A DNA stretch of 64,000 nt from Eledone cirrhosa (Eukaryota), in contig OZ024744.1 in NCBI GenBank assembly GCA_964016885.1, positions 2,108,001 through 2,172,000 of the forward strand, given 5' to 3'. The first letter of the stretch is position 1, and each line of letters starts with the position of its first letter. Shown one piece after another: positions 37,201 through 51,800 of this stretch. The position numbers and the translations under genes were made by a program. The notes below the pieces were generated by a model that saw nothing but the letters and a program-made list of their open reading frames with translations, searched no databases and had not been told where the DNA came from.

Positions 37201-39810
37201 TTCTTCACCAAGCTATCTTTCTCTACCTTGTCCTCCCCCAAAACTTCGTTCTTCACCAAGCTATCTTTCTCTACCTTGTCTTCCCCCAAAACTTCGTTCT
37301 TCGCAAGCTATCTTTCTCTACCTTGTTTTCCCCCAAAACTTCGTTGTTCACCAAGCTATCTTTCTCTACCTTGTCTTCCCCCAAAACTTCGTTCTTCACC
37401 AAGCTATCTTTCTCTACCTTGTCTTCCCCCAAAACTTCGTTCTTCACCAAGCTATCTTTCTCTACCTTCTCCTCCCACAAAACTTCGTTCTTCACCAAGC
37501 TATCTTTCTCTACCTTGTCTTCCCACAAAACGTCGTTCTTCACCAAGCTATCTTTCTCTACCTTGTCTCCCCTCAAAACTTCGTTCTTCACCAAGCTATC
37601 TTTCTCTACCTTGTCTTCCCTCAAAACGTCGTTCTTCACCAAGCTATCTTTCTCTACCTTGTCTTCTCCCAAAACTTCGTTATTCACCAAGCTATCTTTC
37701 TCTACCTTGTCTTCCCTCAAAACTTCGTTCTTCACCAAGCTATCTTTCTCTACCTTGTCTTCCCCCAAAACTTCGTTCTTCACCAAGCTTTCTTTCTCTA
37801 CACTGTCTTCCCCAAAACTTCGTTCTTCACCAAGCTATCTTTCTCTACCTTGTGTTCCCCCAAAACTTCGTTGTTCACCAAGCTATCTTTCACTACCTTG
37901 TCTTCCCCCAAAACGTCGTTCTTCACCAAGCTATCTTTCTCTACCTTGTCTTCCCCCAAAACTTCGTTCTTCACCAAGCTATCTTTCTCTACCTTGTCTT
38001 CCCACAAAACTTCGTTCTTCACCAAGCTATCTTTCTCTACCTTGTCTTCCCACAAAACGTCGTTCTTCACCAAGCTATCTTTCTCTACCTTGTCTTCCCT
38101 CAAAACTTCGTTCTTCACCAAGCTATCTTTCTCTACCTTATCTTCCCCCAAAACTTCGTTCTTCACCAAGCTATCTTTCTCTACCTTGTCTTCCTCCAAA
38201 ACTTCGTTCTTCACCAAGCTATCTTTCTCTACCTTGTCTTCCCTCAGAACTTCGTTCTTCACCAAGCTATCTTTCTCTACCTTGTCCTCCCCCAAAACTT
38301 CGTTCTTCACCAAGCTATCTTTCTCTACCTTGTCTTCCCTCAAAACGTCGTTCTTCACCAAGCTATCTTTCTCTACATTGTCTTCCCCAAAACATCGTTC
38401 TTCACCAAGCTATCTTTCTCTACCTTGTCTTCCCCCAAAACTTCGTTCTTCACCAAGCTATCTTTCTCTACCTTGTCTTCCCCCAAAACTTCGTTCTTCA
38501 CCAAGCTATCTTTCTCTACCTTGTCTTCCCACAAAACGTCGTTCTTCACCAAGCTATCTTACTCTATTTTGTCTTCCCTCAAAACGTCGTTCTTCACCAA
38601 GCTATCTTTCTCTACCTTGTCTTCCCTCAAAATTTCGTTCTTCACCAAGCTATCTTTCTCGACCTTGTCTTCTCCCAAAACTTCGTTATTCACCAAGCTA
38701 TCTTTCTCTACCTTGTCTTCCCTCAAAACTTCGTTCTTCACCAAGCTATCTTTCTCTACCTTGTCTTCCCCCAAAACTTCGTTCTTCACCAAGCTATCTT
38801 TCTCTACCTTGTCTTCCCCCAAAATTTCGTTCTTCCCAAGCTATCTTTCTCTACCTTGTCTTCCCCCAAAACTTCGTTCTTCACCAAGTCATCTTTCTCT
38901 ACCTTGTCATCCCTCAAAACTTCGTTCTTCACCAATCTATCTTTCTCTACCTTGTCTTCCCCCAAAACTACGTTCTTCACCAAGCTATCTTTCTCTAGCT
39001 TGTCTTCACACAAAACCTCGTTCTTCACCAAGCTATCTTTCTCTACCTTGACTTCCCACAAAACGTCATTCTTCACCAAGCTATCTTTCTCTACCTTGTC
39101 TTCTCCCAAAACTTCGTTCTTCACCAAGCTATCTTTCTCTACCTTGTCCTCCCCCAAAACTTCGTTCTTCACCAAGCTATCTTTCTCTACCTTGTCTTCC
39201 CCCAAAATTTCGTTCTTCGCAAGCTATCTTTCTCTACCTTGTCTTCCGTCAAAACTTCGTTCTTCACCAAGATATCTTTCTCTACCTTGTCTTCCCACAA
39301 AACGTCGTTCTTCACCAAGCTATCTTTCTCTACCTTGTCTTCCCTCAGAACTTCGTTCTTCACCAAGCTATCTTTCTCTACCTTGTCTTCCCCCAAAACT
39401 ACGTTCTTCACCAAGCTATCTTTCTCTACCTTGTCCTCCCCCAAAACTTCGTTCTTCACCAAGCTATCTTTCTCTACCTTGTCTTCCCCCAAAACTTCGT
39501 TCTTCACCAAGTCATCTTTCTCTACCTTGTCATCCCTCAAAACTTCGTTCTTCACCAATCTATCTTTCTCTACCTTGTCTTCCCCCAAAACTACGTTCTT
39601 CACCAAGCTATCTTTCTCTAGCTTGTCTTCACACAAAACCTCGTTCTTCACCAAGCTATCTTTCTCTACCTTGTCTTCCCACAAAACGTCATTCTTCACC
39701 AAGCTATCTTTCTCTACCTTGTCTTCTCCCAAAACTTCGTTCTTCACCAAGCTATCTTTCTCTACCTTGTCCTCCCCCAAAACTTCGTTCTTCACCAAGC
39801 TATCTTTCTC
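24125..39810. repeat. Near-identical tandem duplication, period 7,810 bp (163 monomers minus 14 bp)
   Basis: Fifteen consecutive minus ORFs from 24190 to 31377 recur at exactly +7,810 (32000 to 39187). Private variants TTACTCTATTTT (~30750/~38560) and TTGACTTCCC (~31240/~39050) are shared. Confidence 0.95.
27050..29370. repeat. Tandem duplication, period 1,151 bp (24 monomers, one of 47 bp), nested in the 7,810-bp unit (second instance ~34,860-37,180)
   Basis: ORF offsets 27415 to 28566, 27831 to 28982, 35225 to 36376 and 35641 to 36792 are all 1,151. Confidence 0.88.
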
Positions 39811-42800
39811 TACCTTGTCTTCCCTCAGAACTTCGTTCTTCACCAAGCTATCTTTCTCTACCTTGTCTTCCCCCAAAACTTCGTTCTTCACCAAGCTATC
39901 TTTCTCTACATTGTCTTCCCCAAAACTTCGTTCTTCACCAAGCTATCTTTCTCTACCTTGTCTTCCCACAAAACGTCATTCTTCACCAAGCTATCTTTCT
40001 CTACCTTGTCTTCTCCCAAAACTTCGTTCTTCACCAAGCTATCTTTCTCTACCTTGTCCTCCCCCAAAACTTCGTTCTTCACCAAGCTATCTTTCTCTAC
40101 CTTGTCTTCCCCCAAAACTTCGTTCTTCGCAAGCTATCTTTCTCTACCTTGTTTTCCCCCAAAACTTCGTTGTTCACCAAGCTATCTTTCTCTACCTTGT
40201 CTTCCCCCAAAACTTCGTTCTTCACCAAGCTATCTTTCTCTACCTTGTCTTCCCCCAAAACTTCGTTATTCACCAAGCTATCTTTCTCTACCTTGTCTTC
40301 CCCCAAAACTTCGTTCTTCACCAAGCTTTCTTTCTCTACACTGTCTTCCCCAAAACTTCGTTCTTCTCCAAGCTATCTTTCTCTACCTTGTCTTCCCCCA
40401 AAACTTCGTTCTTCACCAAGCTATCTTTCTCTATTTTGTCTTCCCTCAAAACGTCGTTCTTCACCAAGCTATCTTTCTCTACTTTGTCTTCCCTCAAAAT
40501 TTCGTTCTTCACCAAGCTATCTTTCTCGACCTTGTCTTCTCCCAAAACTTCGTTATTCACCAAGCTATCTTTCTCTACCTTGTCTTCCCTCAAAACTTCG
40601 TTCTTCACCAAGCTATCTTTCTCTACCTTGTCTTCCCCCAAAACTTCGTTCTTCACCAAGCTATCTTTCTCTACCTTGTCTTCCCCCAAAATTTCGTTCT
40701 TCACCAAGCTATCTTTCTCTACCTTGTCTTCCCCCAAAACTTCGTTCTTCACCAAGTCATCTTTCTCTACCTTGTCATCCCTCAAAACTTCGTTCTTCAC
40801 CAATCTATCTTTCTCTACCTTGTCTTCCCCCAAAACTACGTTCTTCACCAAGCTATCTTTCTCTAGCTTGTCTTCACACAAAACCTCGTTCTTCACCAAG
40901 CTATCTTTCTCTACCTTGTCTTCCCACAAAACGTCATTCTTCACCAAGCTATCTTTCTCTACCTTGTCTTCTCCCAAAACTTCGTTCTTCACCAAGCTAT
41001 CTTTCTCTACCTTGTCCTCCCCAAAACTTCGTTCTTCACCAAGCTATCTTTCTCTACCTTGTCTTCCCCCAAAATTTCGTTCTTCGCAAGCTATCTTTCT
41101 CTACCTTGTCTTCCGTCAAAACTTCGTTCTCCACCAAGATATCTTTCTCTACCTTGTCTTCCCACAAAACGTCGTTCTTCACCAAGCTATCTTTCTCTAC
41201 CTTGTCTTCCCTCAGAACTTCGTTCTTCACCAAGCTATCTTTCTCTACCTTGTCTTCCCCCAAAACTACGTTCTTCACCAAGCTATCTTTCTCTAGCTTG
41301 TCTTCACACAAAACCTCGTTCTTCACCAAGCTTTCTTTCTCTACCTTGTCTTCCCACAAAACGTCATTCTTCACCAAGCTATCTTTCTCTACCTTGTCTT
41401 CTCCCAAAACTTCGTTCTTCACCAAGCTATCTTTCTCTACCTTGTCTTCCCTCAGAACTTCGTTCTTCACCAAGCTATCTTTCTCTACCTTGTCTTCCCT
41501 CAAAACTTCGTTCTTCACCAAGCTATCTTTCTCTACCTTGTCTTCCCTCAAAACGTCGTTCTTCACCAAGCTATCTTTCTCTACCTTGTCTTCTCCCAAA
41601 ACTTCGTTATTCACCAAGCTATCTTTCTCTACCTTGTCTTCCCCCAAAACTTCGTTCTTCACCAAGCTTTCTTTCTCTACACTGTCTTCCCAAAAACTTC
41701 GTTCTTCACCAAGCTATCTTTCTCTACCTTGTCTTCCCCCAAAACTTCGTTCTTCACCAAGCTATCTTTCTCTACCTTGTCTTCCCCCAAAACTTCGTTC
41801 TTCACCAAGCTATCTTTCTCTACCTTGTCTTCCCCCAAAGCTTCGTTCTTCACCAAGCTATCTTTCTCTACCTTGTCTTCCCACAAAACTTCGTTCTTCA
41901 CCAAGCTATCTTTCTCTACCTTGTCTTCCCACAAAACGTCGTTCTTCACCAAGCTATCTTTCTCTACCTTGTCTTCCCTCAAAACTTCGTTCTTCACCAA
42001 GCTATCTTTCTCTACCTTATCTTCCCCCAAAACTTCGTTCTTCACCAAGCTATCTTTCTCTACCTTGTCTTCCCCCAAAACTTCGTTCTTCACCAAGCTA
42101 TCTTTCTCTACCTTGTCTTCCCTCAAAACTTCGTTCTTCACCAAGCTATCTTTCTCGACCTTGTCTTCTCCCAAAACTTCGTTATTCACCAAGCTATCTT
42201 TCTCTACCTTGTCTTCTCCCAAAACTTCGTTATTCACCAAGCTATCTTTCTCTACCTTGTCTTCCCTCAAAACTTCGTTCTTCACCAAGCTATCTTTCTC
42301 TACCTTGTCTTCCCCCAAAACTTCGTTCTTCACCAAGCTATCTTTCTCTACCTTGTCTTCCCCCAAAACTTCGTTCTTCACCAAGCTATCTTTCTCTACC
42401 TTGTCTTCCCCCAAAACTTCGTTCTTCACCAAGTCATCTTTCTCTACCTTGTCATCCCTCTAAACTTCGTTCTTCTCCAAGCTATCTTTCTCTACCTTGT
42501 CTTCCCCCAAAACTTCGTTCTTCACCAAGCTATCTTTCTCTATTTTGTCTTCCCTCAAAACGTCGTTCTTCACCAAGCTATCTTTCTCTACTTTGTCTTC
42601 CCTCAAAATTTCGTTCTTCACCAAGCTATCTTTCTCGACCTTGTCTTCTCCCAAAACTTCGTTATTCACCAAGCTATCTTTCTCTACCTTGTCTTCCCTC
42701 AAAACTTCGTTCTTCACCAAGCTATCTTTCTCTACCTTGTCTTCCCCCAAAACTTCGTTCTTCACCAAGCTATCTTTCTCTACCTTGTCTTCCCCCAAAA

Positions 42801-45800
42801 TTTCGTTCTTCACCAAGCTATCTTTCTCTACCTTGTCTTCCCCCAAAACTTCGTTCTTCACCAAGTCATCTTTCTCTACCTTGTCATCCCTCAAAACTTC
42901 GTTCTTCACCAATCTATCTTTCTCTACCTTGTCTTCCCCCAAAACTACGTTCTTCACCAAGCTATCTTTCTCTAGCTTGTCTTCACACAAAACCTCGTTC
43001 TTCACCAAGCTATCTTTCTCTACCTTGTCTTCCCACAAAACGTCATTCTTCACCAAGCTATCTTTCTCTACCTTGTCTTCTCCCAAAACTTCGTTCTTCA
43101 CCAAGCTATCTTTCTCTACCTTGTCCTCCCCAAAACTTCGTTCTTCACCAAGCTATCTTTCTCTACCTTGTCTTCCCCCAAAATTTCGTTCTTCGCAAGC
43201 TATCTTTCTCTACCTTGTCTTCCGTCAAAACTTCGTTCTCCACCAAGATATCTTTCTCTACCTTGTCTTCCCACAAAACGTCGTTCTTCACCAAGCTATC
43301 TTTCTCTACCTTGTCTTCCCTCAGAACTTCGTTCTTCACCAATCTATCTTTCTCTACCTTGTCTTCCCCCAAAACTACGTTCTTCACCAAGCTATCTTTC
43401 TCTAGCTTGTCTTCACACAAAACCTCGTTCTTCACCAAGCTATCTTTCTCTACCTTGTCTTCCCACAAAACGTCATTCTTCACCAAGCTATCTTTCTCTA
43501 CCTTGTCTTCTCCCAAAACTTCGTTCTTCACCAAGCTATCTTTCTCTACCTTGTCCTCCCCCAAAACTTCGTTCTTCACCAAGCTATCTTTCTCTACCTT
43601 GTCTTCCCCCAAAATTTCGTTCTTCGCAAGCTATCTTTCTCTACCTTGTCTTCCGTCAAAACTTCGTTCTTCACCAAGATATCTTTCTCTACCTTGTCTT
43701 CCCACAAAACGTCGTTCTTCACCAAGCTATCTTTCTCTACCTTGTCTTCCCTCAGAACTTCGTTCTTCACCAAGCTATCTTTCTCTACCTTGTCTTCCCC
43801 CAAAACTACGTTCTTCACCAAGCTATCTTTCTCTACCTTGTCCTCCCCCAAAACTTCGTTCTTCACCAAGCTATCTTTCTCTACCTTGTCTTCCCCCAAA
43901 ACTTCGTTCTTCACCAAGTCATCTTTCTCTACCTTGTCATCCCTCAAAACTTCGTTCTTCACCAATCTATCTTTCTCTACCTTGTCTTCCCCCAAAACTA
44001 CGTTCTTCACCAAGCTATCTTTCTCTAGCTTGTCTTCACACAAAACCTCGTTCTTCACCAAGCTATCTTTCTCTACCTTGTCTTCCCACAAAACGTCATT
44101 CTTCACCAAGCTATCTTTCTCTACCTTGTCTTCTCCCAAAACTTCGTTCTTCACCAAGCTATCTTTCTCTACCTTGTCCTCCCCCAAAACTTCGTTCTTC
44201 ACCAAGCTATCTTTCTCTACCTTGTCTTCCCTCAGAACTTCGTTCTTCACCAAGCTATCTTTCTCTACCTTGTCTTCCCCCAAAACTTCGTTCTTCACCA
44301 AGCTATCTTTCTCTACATTGTCTTCCCCAAAACTTCGTTCTTCACCAAGCTATCTTTCTCTACCTTGTCTTCCCACAAAACGTCATTCTTCACCAAGCTA
44401 TCTTTCTCTACCTTGTCTTCTCCCAAAACTTCGTTCTTCACCAAGCTATCTTTCTCTACCTTGTCCTCCCCCAAAACTTCGTTCTTCACCAAGCTATCTT
44501 TCTCTACCTTGTCTTCCCCCAAAACTTCGTTCTTCGCAAGCTATCTTTCTCTACCTTGTTTTCCCCCAAAACTTCGTTGTTCACCAAGCTATCTTTCTCT
44601 ACCTTGTCTTCCCCCAAAACTTCGTTCTTCACCAAGCTATCTTTCTCTACCTTGTCTTCCCCCAAAACTTCGTTATTCACCAAGCTATCTTTCTCTACCT
44701 TGTCTTCCCCCAAAACTTCGTTCTTCACCAAGCTTTCTTTCTCTACACTGTCTTCCCCAAAACTTCGTTCTTCTCCAAGCTATCTTTCTCTACCTTGTCT
44801 TCCCCCAAAACTTCGTTCTTCACCAAGCTATCTTTCTCTATTTTGTCTTCCCTCAAAACGTCGTTCTTCACCAAGCTATCTTTCTCTACTTTGTCTTCCC
44901 TCAAAATTTCGTTCTTCACCAAGCTATCTTTCTCGACCTTGTCTTCTCCCAAAACTTCGTTATTCACCAAGCTATCTTTCTCTACCTTGTCTTCCCTCAA
45001 AACTTCGTTCTTCACCAAGCTATCTTTCTCTACCTTGTCTTCCCCCAAAACTTCGTTCTTCACCAAGCTATCTTTCTCTACCTTGTCTTCCCCCAAAATT
45101 TCGTTCTTCACCAAGCTATCTTTCTCTACCTTGTCTTCCCCCAAAACTTCGTTCTTCACCAAGTCATCTTTCTCTACCTTGTCATCCCTCAAAACTTCGT
45201 TCTTCACCAATCTATCTTTCTCTACCTTGTCTTCCCCCAAAACTACGTTCTTCACCAAGCTATCTTTCTCTAGCTTGTCTTCACACAAAACCTCGTTCTT
45301 CACCAAGCTATCTTTCTCTACCTTGTCTTCCCACAAAACGTCATTCTTCACCAAGCTATCTTTCTCTACCTTGTCTTCTCCCAAAACTTCGTTCTTCACC
45401 AAGCTATCTTTCTCTACCTTGTCCTCCCCAAAACTTCGTTCTTCACCAAGCTATCTTTCTCTACCTTGTCTTCCCCCAAAATTTCGTTCTTCGCAAGCTA
45501 TCTTTCTCTACCTTGTCTTCCGTCAAAACTTCGTTCTCCACCAAGATATCTTTCTCTACCTTGTCTTCCCACAAAACGTCGTTCTTCACCAAGCTATCTT
45601 TCTCTACCTTGTCTTCCCTCAGAACTTCGTTCTTCACCAAGCTATCTTTCTCTACCTTGTCTTCCCCCAAAACTACGTTCTTCACCAAGCTATCTTTCTC
45701 TAGCTTGTCTTCACACAAAACCTCGTTCTTCACCAAGCTTTCTTTCTCTACCTTGTCTTCCCACAAAACGTCATTCTTCACCAAGCTATCTTTCTCTACC

Positions 45801-48800
45801 TTGTCTTCTCCCAAAACTTCGTTCTTCACCAAGCTATCTTTCTCTACCTTGTCTTCCCTCAGAACTTCGTTCTTCACCAAGCTATCTTTCTCTACCTTGT
45901 CTTCCCTCAAAACTTCGTTCTTCACCAAGCTATCTTTCTCTACCTTGTCTTCCCCCAAAACTTCGTTCTTCACCAAGCTATCTTTCTCTACCTTGTCTTC
46001 CCCCAAAACTTCGTTCTTCACCAAGCTATCTTTCTCTACCTTGTCTTCCCCCAAAGCTTCGTTCTTCACCAAGCTATCTTTCTCTACCTTGTCTTCCCAC
46101 AAAACTTCGTTCTTCACCAAGCTATCTTTCTCTACCTTGTCTTCCCACAAAACGTCGTTCTTCACCAAGCTATCTTTCTCTACCTTGTCTTCCCTCAAAA
46201 CTTCGTTCTTCACCAAGCTATCTTTCTCTACCTTATCTTCCCCCAAAACTTCGTTCTTCACCAAGCTATCTTTCTCTACCTTGTCTTCCCCCAAAACTTC
46301 GTTCTTCACCAAGCTATCTTTCTCTACCTTGTCTTCCCTCAAAACTTCGTTCTTCACCAAGCTATCTTTCTCGACCTTGTCTTCTCCCAAAACTTCGTTA
46401 TTCACCAAGCTATCTTTCTCTACCTTGTCTTCTCCCAAAACTTCGTTATTCACCAAGCTATCTTTCTCTACCTTGTCTTCCCTCAAAACTTCGTTCTTCA
46501 CCAAGCTATCTTTCTCTACCTTGTCTTCCCCCAAAACTTCGTTCTTCACCAAGCTATCTTTCTCTACCTTGTCTTCCCCCAAAACTTCGTTCTTCACCAA
46601 GCTATCTTTCTCTACCTTGTCTTCCCCCAAAACTTCGTTCTTCACCAAGTCATCTTTCTCTACCTTGTCATCCCTCTAAACTTCGTTCTTCTCCAAGCTA
46701 TCTTTCTCTACCTTGTCTTCCCCCAAAACTTCGTTCTTCACCAAGCTATCTTTCTCTATTTTGTCTTCCCTCAAAACGTCGTTCTTCACCAAGCTATCTT
46801 TCTCTACTTTGTCTTCCCTCAAAATTTCGTTCTTCACCAAGCTATCTTTCTCGACCTTGTCTTCTCCCAAAACTTCGTTATTCACCAAGCTATCTTTCTC
46901 TACCTTGTCTTCCCTCAAAACTTCGTTCTTCACCAAGCTATCTTTCTCTACCTTGTCTTCCCCCAAAACTTCGTTCTTCACCAAGCTATCTTTCTCTACC
47001 TTGTCTTCCCCCAAAATTTCGTTCTTCACCAAGCTATCTTTCTCTACCTTGTCTTCCCCCAAAACTTCGTTCTTCACCAAGTCATCTTTCTCTACCTTGT
47101 CATCCCTCAAAACTTCGTTCTTCACCAATCTATCTTTCTCTACCTTGTCTTCCCCCAAAACTACGTTCTTCACCAAGCTATCTTTCTCTAGCTTGTCTTC
47201 ACACAAAACCTCGTTCTTCACCAAGCTATCTTTCTCTACCTTGTCTTCCCACAAAACGCCATTCTTCACCAAGCTATCTTTCTCTACCTTGTCTTCTCCC
47301 AAAACTTCGTTCTTCACCAAGCTATCTTTCTCTACCTTGTCCTCCCCAAAACTTCGTTCTTCACCAAGCTATCTTTCTCTACCTTGTCTTCCCCCAAAAT
47401 TTCGTTCTTCGCAAGCTATCTTTCTCTACCTTGTCTTCCGTCAAAACTTCGTTCTCCACCAAGATATCTTTCTCTACCTTGTCTTCCCACAAAACGTCGT
47501 TCTTCACCAAGCTATCTTTCTCTACCTTGTCTTCCCTCAGAACTTCGTTCTTCACCAATCTATCTTTCTCTACCTTGTCTTCCCCCAAAACTACGTTCTT
47601 CACCAAGCTATCTTTCTCTAGCTTGTCTTCACACAAAACCTCGTTCTTCACCAAGCTATCTTTCTCTACCTTGTCTTCCCACAAAACGTCATTCTTCACC
47701 AAGCTATCTTTCTCTACCTTGTCTTCTCCCAAAACTTCGTTCTTCACCAAGCTATCTTTCTCTACCTTGTCCTCCCCCAAAACTTCGTTCTTCACCAAGC
47801 TATCTTTCTCTACCTTGTCTTCCCCCAAAATTTCGTTCTTCGCAAGCTATCTTTCTCTACCTTGTCTTCCGTCAAAACTTCGTTCTTCACCAAGATATCT
47901 TTCTCTACCTTGTCTTCCCACAAAACGTCGTTCTTCACCAAGCTATCTTTCTCTACCTTGTCTTCCCTCAGAACTTCGTTCTTCACCAAGCTATCTTTCT
48001 CTACCTTGTCTTCCCCCAAAACTACGTTCTTCACCAAGCTATCTTTCTCTACCTTGTCCTCCCCCAAAACTTCGTTCTTCACCAAGCTATCTTTCTCTAC
48101 CTTGTCTTCCCCCAAAACTTCGTTCTTCACCAAGTCATCTTTCTCTACCTTGTCATCCCTCAAAACTTCGTTCTTCACCAATCTATCTTTCTCTACCTTG
48201 TCTTCCCCCAAAACTACGTTCTTCACCAAGCTATCTTTCTCTAGCTTGTCTTCACACAAAACCTCGTTCTTCACCAAGCTATCTTTCTCTACCTTGTCTT
48301 CCCACAAAACGTCATTCTTCACCAAGCTATCTTTCTCTACCTTGTCTTCTCCCAAAACTTCGTTCTTCACCAAGCTATCTTTCTCTACCTTGTCCTCCCC
48401 CAAAACTTCGTTCTTCACCAAGCTATCTTTCTCTACCTTGTCTTCCCTCAGAACTTCGTTCTTCACCAAGCTATCTTTCTCTACCTTGTCTTCCCCCAAA
48501 ACTTCGTTCTTCACCAAGCTATCTTTCTCTACATTGTCTTCCCCAAAACTTCGTTCTTCACCAAGCTATCTTTCTCTACCTTGTCTTCCCACAAAACGTC
48601 ATTCTTCACCAAGCTATCTTTCTCTACCTTGTCTTCTCCCAAAACTTCGTTCTTCACCAAGCTATCTTTCTCTACCTTGTCCTCCCCCAAAACTTCGTTC
48701 TTCACCAAGCTATCTTTCTCTACCTTGTCTTCCCCCAAAACTTCGTTCTTCGCAAGCTATCTTTCTCTACCTTGTTTTCCCCCAAAACTTCGTTGTTCAC

Positions 48801-51800
48801 CAAGCTATCTTTCTCTACCTTGTCTTCCCCCAAAACTTCGTTCTTCACCAAGCTATCTTTCTCTACCTTGTCTTCCCCCAAAACTTCGTTATTCACCAAG
48901 CTATCTTTCTCTACCTTGTCTTCCCCCAAAACTTCGTTCTTCACCAAGCTTTCTTTCTCTACACTGTCTTCCCCAAAACTTCGTTCTTCTCCAAGCTATC
49001 TTTCTCTACCTTGTCTTCCCCCAAAACTTCGTTCTTCACCAAGCTATCTTTCTCTATTTTGTCTTCCCTCAAAACGTCGTTCTTCACCAAGCTATCTTTC
49101 TCTACTTTGTCTTCCCTCAAAATTTCGTTCTTCACCAAGCTATCTTTCTCGACCTTGTCTTCTCCCAAAACTTCGTTATTCACCAAGCTATCTTTCTCTA
49201 CCTTGTCTTCCCTCAAAACTTCGTTCTTCACCAAGCTATCTTTCTCTACCTTGTCTTCCCCCAAAACTTCGTTCTTCACCAAGCTATCTTTCTCTACCTT
49301 GTCTTCCCCCAAAATTTCGTTCTTCACCAAGCTATCTTTCTCTACCTTGTCTTCCCCCAAAACTTCGTTCTTCACCAAGTCATCTTTCTCTACCTTGTCA
49401 TCCCTCAAAACTTCGTTCTTCACCAATCTATCTTTCTCTACCTTGTCTTCCCCCAAAACTACGTTCTTCACCAAGCTATCTTTCTCTAGCTTGTCTTCAC
49501 ACAAAACCTCGTTCTTCACCAAGCTATCTTTCTCTACCTTGTCTTCCCACAAAACGTCATTCTTCACCAAGCTATCTTTCTCTACCTTGTCTTCTCCCAA
49601 AACTTCGTTCTTCACCAAGCTATCTTTCTCTACCTTGTCCTCCCCAAAACTTCGTTCTTCACCAAGCTATCTTTCTCTACCTTGTCTTCCCCCAAAATTT
49701 CGTTCTTCGCAAGCTATCTTTCTCTACCTTGTCTTCCGTCAAAACTTCGTTCTCCACCAAGATATCTTTCTCTACCTTGTCTTCCCACAAAACGTCGTTC
49801 TTCACCAAGCTATCTTTCTCTACCTTGTCTTCCCTCAGAACTTCGTTCTTCACCAAGCTATCTTTCTCTACCTTGTCTTCCCCCAAAACTACGTTCTTCA
49901 CCAAGCTATCTTTCTCTAGCTTGTCTTCACACAAAACCTCGTTCTTCACCAAGCTTTCTTTCTCTACCTTGTCTTCCCACAAAACGTCATTCTTCACCAA
50001 GCTATCTTTCTCTACCTTGTCTTCTCCCAAAACTTCGTTCTTCACCAAGCTATCTTTCTCTACCTTGTCTTCCCTCAGAACTTCGTTCTTCACCAAGCTA
50101 TCTTTCTCTACCTTGTCTTCCCTCAAAACTTCGTTCTTCACCAAGCTATCTTTCTCTACCTTGTCTTCCCTCAAAACGTCGTTCTTCACCAAGCTATCTT
50201 TCTCTACCTTGTCTTCTCCCAAAACTTCGTTATTCACCAAGCTATCTTTCTCTACCTTGTCTTCCCCCAAAACTTCGTTCTTCACCAAGCTTTCTTTCTC
50301 TACACTGTCTTCCCAAAAACTTCGTTCTTCACCAAGCTATCTTTCTCTACCTTGTCTTCCCCCAAAACTTCGTTCTTCACCAAGCTATCTTTCTCTACCT
50401 TGTCTTCCCCCAAAACTTCGTTCTTCACCAAGCTATCTTTCTCTACCTTGTCTTCCCCCAAAGCTTCGTTCTTCACCAAGCTATCTTTCTCTACCTTGTC
50501 TTCCCACAAAACTTCGTTCTTCACCAAGCTATCTTTCTCTACCTTGTCTTCCCACAAAACGTCGTTCTTCACCAAGCTATCTTTCTCTACCTTGTCTTCC
50601 CTCAAAACTTCGTTCTTCACCAAGCTATCTTTCTCTACCTTATCTTCCCCCAAAACTTCGTTCTTCACCAAGCTATCTTTCTCTACCTTGTCTTCCCCCA
50701 AAACTTCGTTCTTCACCAAGCTATCTTTCTCTACCTTGTCTTCCCTCAAAACTTCGTTCTTCACCAAGCTATCTTTCTCGACCTTGTCTTCTCCCAAAAC
50801 TTCGTTATTCACCAAGCTATCTTTCTCTACCTTGTCTTCTCCCAAAACTTCGTTATTCACCAAGCTATCTTTCTCTACCTTGTCTTCCCTCAAAACTTCG
50901 TTCTTCACCAAGCTATCTTTCTCTACCTTGTCTTCCCCCAAAACTTCGTTCTTCACCAAGCTATCTTTCTCTACCTTGTCTTCCCCCAAAACTTCGTTCT
51001 TCACCAAGCTATCTTTCTCTACCTTGTCTTCCCCCAAAACTTCGTTCTTCACCAAGTCATCTTTCTCTACCTTGTCATCCCTCTAAACTTCGTTCTTCTC
51101 CAAGCTATCTTTCTCTACCTTGTCTTCCCCCAAAACTTCGTTCTTCACCAAGCTATCTTTCTCTATTTTGTCTTCCCTCAAAACGTCGTTCTTCACCAAG
51201 CTATCTTTCTCTACTTTGTCTTCCCTCAAAATTTCGTTCTTCACCAAGCTATCTTTCTCGACCTTGTCTTCTCCCAAAACTTCGTTATTCACCAAGCTAT
51301 CTTTCTCTACCTTGTCTTCCCTCAAAACTTCGTTCTTCACCAAGCTATCTTTCTCTACCTTGTCTTCCCCCAAAACTTCGTTCTTCACCAAGCTATCTTT
51401 CTCTACCTTGTCTTCCCCCAAAATTTCGTTCTTCACCAAGCTATCTTTCTCTACCTTGTCTTCCCCCAAAACTTCGTTCTTCACCAAGTCATCTTTCTCT
51501 ACCTTGTCATCCCTCAAAACTTCGTTCTTCACCAATCTATCTTTCTCTACCTTGTCTTCCCCCAAAACTACGTTCTTCACCAAGCTATCTTTCTCTAGCT
51601 TGTCTTCACACAAAACCTCGTTCTTCACCAAGCTATCTTTCTCTACCTTGTCTTCCCACAAAACGTCATTCTTCACCAAGCTATCTTTCTCTACCTTGTC
51701 TTCTCCCAAAACTTCGTTCTTCACCAAGCTATCTTTCTCTACCTTGTCCTCCCCAAAACTTCGTTCTTCACCAAGCTATCTTTCTCTACCTTGTCTTCCC

